64,000 nucleotides of DNA from an uncultured Pseudomonadota bacterium (GTDB lineage Bacteria; Pseudomonadota; Gammaproteobacteria; Natronospirales; REEB76), in assembly GCA_963774895.1 (NCBI GenBank), contig CAVZGN010000002.1, positions 258,091-322,090 on the forward strand, written 5' to 3'. Each line of letters opens with the position of its first letter. Position 1 is the first letter of the stretch. Below, piece by piece: positions 28,507 to 37,601 of the stretch. The translations under genes and the position numbers were made by a program. Under the pieces are notes generated by a model, which had not been told where the DNA came from, did no database searches, and worked only from the letters and a program-made list of their open reading frames with translations.

Positions 28507-28575
28507 TTTCGTTCCGTAAAAGGTATTGCGTGAAAAACTTAACGCGTGTAAGTGACCGATTCGCCGTCGGGGCTA

Positions 28576-29877
28576 TTAACCTAAGGTACCTGTCACAGTC
28601 TGAGGTTTGCTGACGCCGATATTGCGCAGATGCCGGCTGTTCATGCAGGCAAGTGCGATGGCCGTCAAAGTGAGACCGGCGCCGGCAAACAATGCGGGCA
28701 ATGAAATCACCTTGAGCAAAGCGCCGGCGAGTGCGGCGGATACCGGGCCCAGGCCCATGAAAGTGAACAGCAGCACGCTCATGGTGCGCCCCATCATCTC
28801 CTGAGTTACTCGCTGTTGTATCCAGGTAAATAAGGCGATCTGCATGATCCCGGAGAGCACGCCTACACACGCCAGCAGCACGGCGCCGGTGAGCGTCGTA
28901 TGCACCAGCGTGAGCGCCACCAGCGCTAATCCGGCGACACTGTCGATGCTCAACACCATCAGGCCAAGGCGGCCGCGCGCCAGCCGCGTGCCAATTCCGG
29001 ATAGGAAACTGCCGATGAGGATGCCGCCGCCATTGGCGGTCATGAGGATTCCAAGGGACGCGGCCCCCAGATCCAGGCGTATGTTCGCCAGCACCGGCAG
29101 GCCCACCTGGATCGGTCCACCCACGAATACCGAAACCACGGCGGCGTACAGGATAAAGGCTCGCAGCGGCAGATCTGTCCAGATATAGCGTATTCCCGCC
29201 GCCACGCCTGCCAACACGCCGCCGGCGGTTTGCGGCGGATGACTGTCGCTGTGGATGCGCACCATGGCCAGCGAGGCCAGCGAGAACAGGAAACTCACCG
29301 CATCGATGCTGAAGGCCAGGCCCATGCCGCGGGCATCGGCGAGTGCATGCTGCGGGCTGTTGGCACCTACGCTGATGATCACACCCGCAAGCACCGGACC
29401 GACGAACATGCTGATCTGGCGCATGCCCATGAGCAAGGCATTCGCGCCACGCAGCTGTTGTGGTTGCACCAGCTGTGGAAGGATTGCCGAGCCCGCCGGA
29501 TAGGCAAAGGCGGTAGACATCCCGACGCCCAACGACAGCAGATAAACCATCCACATGTGCACCGCACCGGTGAGCACCAATATCGCGAGAATCGCAATAC
29601 ATGCGGCATTGATAGCACGCGCGCCCAGCAGCACGCGCCGCGGCGACATCCGGTCCACCACCGCTCCACCGATGAGCATGAGAGCTGCGCGTGGCAGTGC
29701 CATGACCGCCAACACCAGGCCGAGTGCCGCAGGATCGCCGGTGAGTTTCAATACCAGCCACGGCAAAGCCACCAGCGTGAACTGATCACCCAGAGCCGAG
29801 ACCGAACTGCCGCCGAACAGCAGGTTGAAATCGCGGTTGGAAAAAACTGATGCGGGTTTCTGATCAGCCATCTTCAA
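28576..29877 (-). CDS. MFS transporter (MFS_3/EntS-like)
   Basis: 433 aa, about 12 TM, with N-terminal NRDFNLLFGGSSVSALGDQF and a D-R-x-x-R-R-like loop (VVDRMSPRRVL). Confidence 0.85.
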   Translation of the reverse strand: MKMADQKPASVFSNRDFNLLFGGSSVSALGDQFTLVALPWLVLKLTGDPAALGLVLAVMALPRAALMLIGGAVVDRMSPRRVLLGARAINAACIAILAILVLTGAVHMWMVYLLSLGVGMSTAFAYPAGSAILPQLVQPQQLRGANALLMGMRQISMFVGPVLAGVIISVGANSPQHALADARGMGLAFSIDAVSFLFSLASLAMVRIHSDSHPPQTAGGVLAGVAAGIRYIWTDLPLRAFILYAAVVSVFVGGPIQVGLPVLANIRLDLGAASLGILMTANGGGILIGSFLSGIGTRLARGRLGLMVLSIDSVAGLALVALTLVHTTLTGAVLLACVGVLSGIMQIALFTWIQQRVTQEMMGRTMSVLLFTFMGLGPVSAALAGALLKVISLPALFAGAGLTLTAIALACMNSRHLRNIGVSKPQTVTGTLG

Positions 29878-29918
29878 TCGTGTGCCGTGGTTGTCCGGAA
29901 TGACTGCTCTATAGTCAT

Positions 29919-31805
29919 TTATTTTTCCAGATACGTATAACCCTTCAAGCCTTCTTCAAGTTCTTTTAGATATTGTGCACGCCGCTGTGGGTCGAGGGCG
30001 GTGGCCGCATCGATCTTGCTGTGATAGCGGGCCACCAGTTCGCTGGGTTCGAAGTGCACGTAGCGCAGCACCACCTCGGCGGTGTCGCCCTGTTCCGGTT
30101 TCACCAGTTTGTAGCCATTGTCCTTGTCCAGTTCCACGTTCACCGAGTCGGTATCGCCGAACAAGTTGTGCATGTCGCCGAGGATCTCCTGGTAGGCACC
30201 TACCATAAAGAAACCCAGATAGTAGGGCTGGCCGTTGTGCATGGCGTGCACAGGCATGGTGGCTTCCAGTTCCTCTTCGTCCACATATTGTTCGATGCGT
30301 CCATCGGAATCGCAGGTCAGGTCCTGCAACACTGCGCGGCGCGTGAGCGCTTCACCCAGGCGGTGCACCGGCATGATCGGGAATACCTGGTCGATGGCCC
30401 ACACGTCCGGCACCGACTGGAACACACTCATGTTGAGGAAGAACTTGTCGGCGAGTTTCTCGTCGATCTCGAAGATGGCTTCGGAGTGCGCACGGGTGGT
30501 GGGTTTCAGGCCGTCGCGCACCTTGCGGCAGATGGCGTGGTAGATCTGCTCGGCGCGCGCGCGCTGCTCCAGGGTCAGCACCCCGTGGATGTACATGGCC
30601 TGGGCTTCGCCGTTCCAGTAAAGCGCATCCTGGTAGACCTCCAGCAGCGAACGGTTATCGGCGTTCTCGTAGTCCTCCCACAAGTCGGTGAGGATCTGTG
30701 GATCCTCCGGATCCGGTGGTGCCAGTGGCTTGTCGGGGATGGATTCCCGGTCCACCACTTCCGTAATCAGCACCGCGTGATGCGCGGTGATGGCGCGCCC
30801 CGACTCGGTGATGATGCTCGGATGCGGCAGCTCGTAATCGGCACACACTTCCCACAGGGAACGCACGATGGTGTTGGCGTATTGCTCCATGCTGTAGTTC
30901 ATGGAGCAGGAGTTGCGGGAGCGCGTGCCCTCATAGTCCACGCCCAGGCCGCCGCCCACGTCCATGACACGCACGTTGACGCCCAGCTCAGCCAGCTCCG
31001 CGAAGCAGCGGCAGGCTTCCAGCATGCCGCGCTGCACGTCGCGGATATTGGCGATCTGCGAGCCCAGGTGGAAGTGCAGCAGTTGCAGGCAGTTGAGCAT
31101 GCCGGCAGTCCGCAGCTTTTCCACGGCTTCGAGAATCTGCACCGCCGACAGGCCAAACTTGGATTTCTCGCCGCCGGTGTGTTCCCATTTGCCGCGGCCG
31201 GTGCTGGTGAGGCGCACGCGCACACCGATGCTCGGCTTCACGCCCATCTCGGCTGCTTCCTTGAGCAATAGGTCCAGCTCGTTGGGTTTCTCGATGACCA
31301 CAAAGACCTTGTGGCCCAGCTGCTGGCCGATGAGCGCCAGCCGCAGGTATTCCCGGTCCTTGTAGCCGTTGCACACGATGCTGGCGCCGGCCGGGGCCAG
31401 GGCCAGCACCGCCATAAGCTCCGGTTTGCTGCCGGCTTCGAGGCCCACGCGGCCTTCGCCGTGCTTGAGGATGTCCTCCACCACCGCGCGTTGCTGGTTC
31501 ACCTTGATGGGATAGACCGCGGTGTAGCTGCCCTGGTATTCGTGATAACTCATGGCGGCTGCGAACGCGCCGCACAAGCGGTCCACCCGGTCGCGCAGAA
31601 TGTCGCCGAAACGGAACAGTACCGGCAGGTTGAGACCGGATTTGCTGACTTCAGTGGCCAAGCGGTGCAGGTCCACGCAGCCGTCTTCGCGGCGGCGCGT
31701 GGGGAACACCACCAGGTGACCATCGTCGCTGATGTCGAAGTAACCGTCGCCCCAGCGCAGCACATTGAAGATCTCGCGTGCGTCCTGGATGGGTTGGCTG
31801 CTCAT
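29919..31805 (-). CDS. speA: biosynthetic arginine decarboxylase
   Basis: About 628 aa from the ATG at 31805. It has VYPIKVNQ (PLP Lys), GLEAGSKPEL, HFHLGSQI and the C-terminal SpeA domain. Confidence 0.95.
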   Translation of the reverse strand: MSSQPIQDAREIFNVLRWGDGYFDISDDGHLVVFPTRRREDGCVDLHRLATEVSKSGLNLPVLFRFGDILRDRVDRLCGAFAAAMSYHEYQGSYTAVYPIKVNQQRAVVEDILKHGEGRVGLEAGSKPELMAVLALAPAGASIVCNGYKDREYLRLALIGQQLGHKVFVVIEKPNELDLLLKEAAEMGVKPSIGVRVRLTSTGRGKWEHTGGEKSKFGLSAVQILEAVEKLRTAGMLNCLQLLHFHLGSQIANIRDVQRGMLEACRCFAELAELGVNVRVMDVGGGLGVDYEGTRSRNSCSMNYSMEQYANTIVRSLWEVCADYELPHPSIITESGRAITAHHAVLITEVVDRESIPDKPLAPPDPEDPQILTDLWEDYENADNRSLLEVYQDALYWNGEAQAMYIHGVLTLEQRARAEQIYHAICRKVRDGLKPTTRAHSEAIFEIDEKLADKFFLNMSVFQSVPDVWAIDQVFPIMPVHRLGEALTRRAVLQDLTCDSDGRIEQYVDEEELEATMPVHAMHNGQPYYLGFFMVGAYQEILGDMHNLFGDTDSVNVELDKDNGYKLVKPEQGDTAEVVLRYVHFEPSELVARYHSKIDAATALDPQRRAQYLKELEEGLKGYTYLEK

Positions 31806-31964
31806 GCTGACGGGACTCCACTGACCGGCAAAGAAAACCGCGCAAGCGTACGGCAAGCGCAAACAATATAAAAGGGCGTTTGCTCGAAAAGCGGGTGATC
31901 TTGTCGATGACGCAACATTAAATGTTTGTGTAGGTAATTTGGTGCCCGATGTCCGGTCGCAGCT

Positions 31965-32072
31965 TTATTTAGGTAGCTGCACTGTTTCTAGAACCACCCC
32001 GTGTACCTGAAACACCTGCTTGGCAATATCCAATCCAACAGTGCTGATCTTTATTTGGGCGTCCTCTCTCAT
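31965..32072 (-). pseudogene. remnant of an IS110-family transposase gene (N-terminal ~25 codons only)
   Basis: The minus-strand translation ..IKISTVGLDIAKQVFQVHGV.. matches the characteristic IS110-family N-terminus (M-x-x-x-VGLDLAK-x-x-FQVHG). Similarity stops and a stop codon follows after about 8 more codons. Confidence 0.6.
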
Positions 32073-32160
32073 GTTGTATGGAACACGCTGCTTGTCCACT
32101 CTGGCACATTGCGATGCCGTATTGCGAGGGGGCGTCCATACCACCGCAAAATGCGATGAA

Positions 32161-32316
32161 CCCCTCTCCCGCCGGGAGAGGGGGGGTGAGGGTTCGGCGA
32201 AAACTATAGGGCCGCGTTTTGTTCGCACCCTCACCCGCCCTTCAGGCACACTCGGCAACTGCTCCCTGCGTTGCCCTACCTCCTACATCCCTGTAGTCGT
32301 CTCCCAGAGGGAGAGG
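32161..32316. repeat. cluster of REP-like palindromic elements (copies 4-6)
   Basis: CCCCTCTCCCgccGGGAGAGGGGG + GGTGAGGGT (32161-32193), an inverted ACCCTCACC at 32228-32236, and TCTCCCagaGGGAGA(GG) at 32300-32316. Confidence 0.55.
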
Positions 32317-32412
32317 GATTTCGGGATAAGTTCTAATATCCCCGGATAGGCGAACGCCCTTTACCCACTTGTCGATAAGTCTTGTATTCCGTTACGAATG
32401 ACGGAACAGTGC

Positions 32413-32883
32413 CTATGGCGGGTTTCCACCACACAGTTTATCCACCTGCTCTTGGGCCTGCTGGCGGAATTTCACCAGATCATCACCGGTGTAATACGTG
32501 GGGTTGGCACTATTCGCATTGGTGATAACTTTATGGGTCTCCATGTAGTCTTGCAGACGCTTACGCGCCGCATCGCAGGCTTGCTGTTTCTGGGCTTGCT
32601 CCTGGGCTTGCTGCTGGGCCGCAGCGGCAGCTTTTTGTTGCGCTGCGTTGGCGGCGTCCACCGATTTCACCAGCTGCTGTTGCTGTTCGGCGCCCTCGGA
32701 ATCCATGGGTTGCGGCACCACATCCACCAGCTTGGCTTTGGTGACGGCATTCGGTGGCGGCGTCTGGGAAAAATGCACGTTCCCTTGGGAGTCCACCCAA
32801 CGGTACACCTGGTCGGCGCGCGCCACCAGGCATATCAGCGCTACCGCCGTCAGCGACGCCAGCCACAGTACGCGCGTATTCAT
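32413..32883 (-). CDS. DUF4124 domain protein (secreted, Gln/Ala-rich linker)
   Basis: Signal peptide, then ADQVYRWVDSQGNVHFSQTPP (DUF4124 signature), a low-complexity QQ/AA stretch, and a C-terminal Cys pair. The start ATG overlaps the upstream paralogue stop (ATGA). Confidence 0.75.
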   Translation of the reverse strand: MNTRVLWLASLTAVALICLVARADQVYRWVDSQGNVHFSQTPPPNAVTKAKLVDVVPQPMDSEGAEQQQQLVKSVDAANAAQQKAAAAAQQQAQEQAQKQQACDAARKRLQDYMETHKVITNANSANPTYYTGDDLVKFRQQAQEQVDKLCGGNPP

Positions 32884-33299
32884 GGCGGCGGACCTGCGGA
32901 CGAACAGACCACCGCAACCTGGTTGCGGGCCTGCTGGATGAGCTGCTCCTGTTTGTCTTTGGACAGCAAGGTCTTGTTGCCATTGGCATCCACCGTATAC
33001 AGCGCCTCGGCCGTCAGATACTTGCCGAGCTCCTGTTTGGCAGTCTTGCAGGCCGGCGGATCGTCCGGTGAAATTGCCGGTACCTGATTGGCGCTGCTGG
33101 CAGCGGGTGCGCTGCTGGTGGACGGTGCCTGGTCGCGGGCGGTATTGACGATATCGGTGGGCTGCGCCTTGGGGTTCTGGGGCACGGTGCTGTAATGCAC
33201 GTTGCCGTATTGATCCACCCATTTGTAGACCACGGTATCCGCGAGCGCCGCACTCAAGATAAACGCTGTCAGTAACAGCACCAAGATACGCCACTTCAT
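32880..33299 (-). CDS. DUF4124 domain protein (secreted)
   Basis: MKWRILVLLLTAFILSAALA signal peptide, then DTVVYKWVDQYGNVHYSTVP. AAGGAG ribosome-binding site 9 nt upstream of the ATG at 33299, overlapping the glnB stop. Confidence 0.75.
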   Translation of the reverse strand: MKWRILVLLLTAFILSAALADTVVYKWVDQYGNVHYSTVPQNPKAQPTDIVNTARDQAPSTSSAPAASSANQVPAISPDDPPACKTAKQELGKYLTAEALYTVDANGNKTLLSKDKQEQLIQQARNQVAVVCSSAGPPP

Positions 33300-33311
33300 A
33301 CTGGACACTCC

Positions 33312-33686
<375 letters not shown>

Positions 33687-33773
33687 TTAACAGTCTAGCA
33701 CCGGCCCCAGAGGCTTGGGTGGGAAGCGTCCGGACATATATACTGATGCCACTTCAACGATACGGCAGCCGCT

Positions 33774-34046
33774 ATGGCACTGGACCCCAAGATACTGGAT
33801 GATCTGGCCAAGAAACTGGCCGATGCGGTACCGGCCGGTCTGCGTGACCTGCAAGCCGATGCCGAGCGTAACTTCAAAGCCGTGCTGCAGAGCGCGTTCG
33901 CCAAGCTCGAACTAGTGACCCGCGAGGAGTTCGACATACAGTCGGCAGTCCTGGGCCGCACCCGCGAGCGCCTGGAGGAATTAGCCGCGCGCCTCAAAGA
34001 ATTGGAGACCGCCTTGCAAGGTGTGGGCGCCGGCCCACAGAAATAG
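33774..34046 (+). CDS. ubiK: ubiquinone biosynthesis accessory factor UbiK (YqiC/BMFP family)
   Basis: 90-aa coiled-coil protein. The block FKAVLQSAFAKLELVTREEFDIQSAVLGRTRERLEEL matches the UbiK family. Confidence 0.85.
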   Translation: MALDPKILDDLAKKLADAVPAGLRDLQADAERNFKAVLQSAFAKLELVTREEFDIQSAVLGRTRERLEELAARLKELETALQGVGAGPQK

Positions 34047-34097
34047 CGCCGGCCGAAATCAGCGTTACACCGCCACCAGGGAAGGAGAGAGCGGAAC

Positions 34098-35609
34098 ATG
34101 CTTGCCAAGGTCATCAGCCGTGCCCAGGTCGGTATCGACGCGCCTGAAGTCATCGTCGAAGCGCATCTTTCCAACGGCCTGCCGAGCTTCGCCATTGTTG
34201 GATTGCCGGAAGCGGCGGTACGTGAAAGCCGCGACCGGGTGCGCAGTGCGCTGCTCAACTCGCGTTTTGATTTCCCCCCACGCCGCATCACCGTGAACCT
34301 GGCGCCCGCCGACCTGCCCAAGGAAGGCGGGCGTTTCGATCTGCCCATCGCGCTCGGTATCCTGGCGGCCTCAGGACAATTACCTATAGATACGTGCCGC
34401 GATGTGGAATTTTTGGGTGAACTGTCTCTGTCCGGCGAACTGAAAAGCGTGCGCGGTGCGTTACCCGCCGCTATCAAGACCCGCGCTGCCGGCCGCAGCT
34501 TGTTGCTGCCCTGCGAGAACGCCGACGAGGCGGCACTGGCGTCCGGTGTCACGGTACTGGGTGCGCGCCATCTGCTGGATGTGTGCGCGCATCTGAAGGG
34601 CACGCAACGTTTGATGTCGCACGTTTCGACGCTTGCAGACCAGGCGCCTCAGTACGACGATCTGTCGGAAGTGCGCGGGCAACATCAGGCCAAGCGTGTG
34701 CTAGAAATCGCCGCCGCCGGCGGACATTCGCTACTGTTCATCGGTCCGCCGGGCACCGGCAAATCCATGCTGGCCTCACGCCTGCCGGGCATCCTGCCGC
34801 CCATGACCGAAGAAGAGGCGCTGCAGGCCGCGGCCGTGGCTTCCATCAGCGAAGCCGGCTTCCACGCTTCCCGCTGGCGGCAGCGGAATTTTCGCGCACC
34901 GCACCACACCGCCTCCGGCGTGGCGCTGGTGGGCGGCGGTTCCTATCCGCGCCCCGGCGAGATCTCGCTCGCGCATCACGGCGTGCTATTTCTGGACGAA
35001 CTGCCGGAATTCGATCGGCACGTGCTGGAGGTGCTGCGCGAACCGCTGGAGACTGGCCAGATCGTGGTTTCGCGGGCCGCACGCCAGGCGGAATTTCCGG
35101 CGCGTTTCCAGTTGATCGCCGCCATGAATCCCTGTCCCTGCGGATATCTGGGCGATGCTTCCGGCCGCTGCCGCTGCACCCTCGAACAGGTGCGCCGTTA
35201 CCGTGCGCGCATCTCCGGGCCGTTGCTGGACCGCATCGATCTGCATGTGGAAGTGCCGCGCCCGCCACGCGCAGTGCTGCGGCCGGACAGCCCGGCGGAC
35301 GGCGAGTCCAGCACGCTGATCGCCGCGCGCGTGGCCGCTGCACGTCTGCGGCAACTGGCGCGCAGCGGCAAATGCAATGCGCGCCTCACCACCCGCGAAG
35401 TCAACCGCCACTGCGTCCCCGAGACCGCCGGCCGGCAGTTGCTGGAGCGCGCCATGGAGCGCCTGGGATTGTCGGCGCGCGGTTACCATCGGGTGCTCAA
35501 GGTGGCACGCAGCATCGCCGATCTGGCGGACAGCGACACTATCCTGAATGCGCACATCGCCGAAGCCATCGGTTACCGGGTGCTGGACCGGCAGAAAGCC
35601 GCTGCCTGA
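34098..35609 (+). CDS. comM: YifB/ComM family Mg-chelatase-like AAA+ ATPase
   Basis: 503 aa with a Lon-protease-like N-domain (GLPSFAIVGLP), Walker A GPPGTGKS, GVLFLDELPEF and a C-terminal YHRVLKVARSIADL block. Confidence 0.93.
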   Translation: MLAKVISRAQVGIDAPEVIVEAHLSNGLPSFAIVGLPEAAVRESRDRVRSALLNSRFDFPPRRITVNLAPADLPKEGGRFDLPIALGILAASGQLPIDTCRDVEFLGELSLSGELKSVRGALPAAIKTRAAGRSLLLPCENADEAALASGVTVLGARHLLDVCAHLKGTQRLMSHVSTLADQAPQYDDLSEVRGQHQAKRVLEIAAAGGHSLLFIGPPGTGKSMLASRLPGILPPMTEEEALQAAAVASISEAGFHASRWRQRNFRAPHHTASGVALVGGGSYPRPGEISLAHHGVLFLDELPEFDRHVLEVLREPLETGQIVVSRAARQAEFPARFQLIAAMNPCPCGYLGDASGRCRCTLEQVRRYRARISGPLLDRIDLHVEVPRPPRAVLRPDSPADGESSTLIAARVAAARLRQLARSGKCNARLTTREVNRHCVPETAGRQLLERAMERLGLSARGYHRVLKVARSIADLADSDTILNAHIAEAIGYRVLDRQKAAA

Positions 35610-35640
35610 TGCTGATGTATCGGATTTGTATACATGAATT

Positions 35641-35666
35641 AAAAAGCCGCCTCACGGCGGCTTTTT
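35641..35666. terminator. bidirectional rho-independent terminator between comM and the cytochrome c5 gene
   Basis: AAAAA-GCCGCC-tcac-GGCGGC-TTTTT, with A-run and T-run flanks that serve both convergent genes. Confidence 0.6.
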
Positions 35667-35685
35667 ACTAAATTGCAAGTTGTAA

Positions 35686-36237
35686 TTATTTTGGTACCTG
35701 TCCTGCGCCACCGCTCTGGCTGAGCATGTATTCCAGCGCCTTGATGACTTGGGCGTCCGTGAGATCTTTATTGCCACCGCGCGCCGGCATCTGCTTGTAA
35801 CCATTCAGTGCATGGCTCTCCAAAGTCTTTAGTCCCTCGGCCAGACGCGGTGCCCAGGCGGCTTTGTCACCGATCTTGGGAGCGCCCAACAGACCGCTGG
35901 TGTGACAGGCGGAGCAAGTGCCTTCCCAGATCTGCTTGCCGGTCAGCACAGCCGCGTTGGCGCTGCCGCCGGCGGGAGCCGGTGCCGGAGCAGCCATCTG
36001 GCTAGCGGAAGTGCCGGCGATCTGCACGTCGCCGATGGGCGCCAGCCGCTGGTCGATGAGCTGTTCTTGGACTGCACCACCGCGGTTGTAGGACCCCGGT
36101 TCATTGTCGGCGATGGCCATGGCGATCCAGTAGACGGCGACGGTGAAGACGAACAGGGCGCCGAATACCAGCAGAAAGGAATCATAGAAATGCTGGTCGT
36201 GGCGTTTGGCGTGCTGATGGTGGTCTTGTAGCTCCAC
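35686..36237 (-). CDS. membrane-anchored cytochrome c5 family protein
   Basis: 183 aa with an N-terminal TM helix, a haem motif CSACH, and downstream GAPKIGDKAAWAPR...MPARGG typical of c5. Confidence 0.85.
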   Translation of the reverse strand: MELQDHHQHAKRHDQHFYDSFLLVFGALFVFTVAVYWIAMAIADNEPGSYNRGGAVQEQLIDQRLAPIGDVQIAGTSASQMAAPAPAPAGGSANAAVLTGKQIWEGTCSACHTSGLLGAPKIGDKAAWAPRLAEGLKTLESHALNGYKQMPARGGNKDLTDAQVIKALEYMLSQSGGAGQVPK

Positions 36238-36380
36238 GGATATCCCCTGTGTGAGTGGCCGGATGCGCTAAGCGCTGCTAACTGAGAGCGCGAATTATAT
36301 AGTCAGCGGCGGGAGCGGGGAAATCGCCCACCGGTTGGACGCCCCACGGTCTTCGCGCTATCCTTCCGGCCCGTTTTCAT

Positions 36381-36407
36381 GCGCCCGTAGCTCAGCTGGG
36401 TGAGCGG
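36381..36407 (+). pseudogene. tRNA-Arg 5' fragment (acceptor 5' strand plus D-arm only)
   Basis: GCGCCCGTAGCTCAGCTGG is identical to the first 19 nt of the intact tRNA at 36510. A D-stem can still close (GCTC..GAGC). There is no anticodon arm of normal geometry and no T-arm. Confidence 0.55.
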
Positions 36408-36509
36408 CAAAGCCGAAGCACAGCTTCGGCGACGCGAACGCGAGCATGGATGCGGAACTGGCGGGGACACCAGGGATGGTTACTACCGCCGATGTTAAGC
36501 TTTGATCAT

Positions 36510-36586
36510 GCGCCCGTAGCTCAGCTGGATAGAGTACTGCCCTCCGAAGGCAGGGGTCGTGGGTTCGAATCCCGCCGGGCGCGCCA
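36510..36586 (+). tRNA. tRNA-Arg (anticodon CCG)
   Basis: Manual cloverleaf: acceptor GCGCCCG/CGGGCGC, D-arm GCTC-AGCTGGATA-GAGT, anticodon arm CTGCC-CTCCGAA-GGCAG, T-arm GTGGG-TTCGAAT-CCCGC, discriminator G, encoded CCA. Confidence 0.93.
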
Positions 36587-36705
36587 AATTCATCTGCTTC
36601 ACGCTCATAGAGTCATCCATGACAAGCTCACCGGCCTGCACGTCCTATGCAGGCGCAAGAGCGGATCAGCATGCCACCGGCATGCTGATGAAGCACCGCT
36701 CTCGC

Positions 36706-36723
36706 CCCGCCGGGCGCGCCAAA
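36706..36723 (+). repeat. 18-nt direct repeat of the tRNA-Arg 3' end (CCCGCCGGGCGCGCCAAA)
   Basis: Identical to 36571-36588. The two copies bracket a 117-nt insert that contains an 11-bp-stem hairpin (36664-36688). Confidence 0.7.
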
Positions 36724-36757
36724 CATAAATCCCCACTGTATGTGGGGATTTATGTTT
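36724..36757 (+). terminator. rho-independent terminator (probably the original tRNA-Arg terminator)
   Basis: CATAAATCCCCAC-tgtat-GTGGGGATTTATG, a perfect 13-bp stem, followed by TTT. Confidence 0.6.
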
Positions 36758-37004
36758 GGTCGGTTCGAACCGATATTCGAACCCACGACAATCAATCCAA
36801 CCGGGTTCGACAAAATCGCCTGGGTGAGGCGCATGCGCCGAACGGGATTGCCATGGATGCAAACCCTGGAGCTCTTGGTGAGATATGGAAAATCGAACTT
36901 AGAACTGATTATGAACCATCGGACGCGACACCTTATCGTCACGCAAGCTTAATCGAAGCGTCACATTTCAGCGTTACTGTCCTAGTGCAACCGTGGCCTG
37001 AGGT

Positions 37005-37388
37005 ATGTATATGAACGCTATGCTAAGCAATCCGCTTCCAGCAGCCATGCGCATCGAATCGTCGACATTCCGTTTCGATGAAGCGCTATGCAAAGAAATC
37101 CTCGCGCAGCTGCAGACACATCTGACCCCGGGCGTCAAACAAGCTCAATTCGGCTGTATCAACGGTCGCCGTGCCGCCGTGTTTGTGGCGGACATAGGTT
37201 ACAGCGCGCGTACCCTGTGGTTGTATGAAGACGATGTGCGTGACTGGCATGTCGCGCGGTATTCACACGATATGCAGCAGATGCAGGAGATTGAACACGA
37301 GATTCTGACTGAATTTGGTGCCCAGCTTATGGAACAGCGCATGAATGATTCACAAAAGTATCATGGTGCTGTCACGCGGGCGGTCTAG
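37005..37388 (+). CDS. hypothetical protein (orphan)
   Basis: 127-aa ORF with a GAGGT ribosome-binding site and a downstream intrinsic terminator. No recognisable motif. Confidence 0.4.
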   Translation: MYMNAMLSNPLPAAMRIESSTFRFDEALCKEILAQLQTHLTPGVKQAQFGCINGRRAAVFVADIGYSARTLWLYEDDVRDWHVARYSHDMQQMQEIEHEILTEFGAQLMEQRMNDSQKYHGAVTRAV

Positions 37389-37448
37389 ATTGAAGTTGAA
37401 ATACACAGTCATTTTGTCCAACTGAGTACTCCGTTCCCCGCCCCACCT

Positions 37449-37474
37449 ACCCCGCGCAATGCGGGGTCTTTTTA
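37449..37474 (+). terminator. rho-independent terminator
   Basis: ACCCCGC-gcaat-GCGGGGT followed by CTTTTTA. Confidence 0.55.
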
Positions 37475-37601
37475 TGCGGTACTTCGACCCGCTGTTGGGG
37501 TTGATGATTACAGGAAAGAATGCGGATGCCTGGATGGCGGCTGTTAATGACGTGGCGGCACGAGTGAGTCTTGAGTCTTACGAATATGGCGCCAAAATAT
37601 C

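Noticed and set aside
29973-31271. Long antisense or alternative-frame ORFs across strong genes. Examples are 29973-31271 (+) in speA, 19800-20702 (+) in the malic enzyme gene, 23470-24618 (+) in hemX/hemD, 28385-29761 (-) in the MFS gene, 33695-34603 (-) and 34583-35671 (+) around ubiK/comM, 54865-56301 (-) and 62651-64000 (-) in the BNR genes, and 40581-41306 (+) in ppk.
   Set aside because: They are typical high-GC artefacts. They have Arg/Ala/Gly/His/Pro-rich low-complexity translations, no ribosome-binding sites, and each overlaps a gene with unmistakable family motifs on the other strand or frame.
31965-32349. ORF-track proteins containing PLSRRERG / SPLPLAGEGQGEG-like strings (31965-32258 -, 32020-32349 +, 17354-17623 +, 17364-17570 -).
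   Set aside because: These are translations of the REP-like palindromes (CTCTCCC..GGGAGAG, GGTGAGGG) and, at one end, of the IS110 stub. They are not genuine genes.
32560-32660. A GCTGC/CTGGGC periodic repeat.
   Set aside because: It is the coding sequence for the Gln/Ala low-complexity linker of the DUF4124 protein on the minus strand.
36381-36460. A second functional tRNA upstream of tRNA-Arg.
   Set aside because: Only the acceptor 5' strand and D-arm are present. The following hairpin has a 7-bp stem and a 5-nt loop rather than anticodon-arm geometry, and there is no T-arm or acceptor 3' strand.
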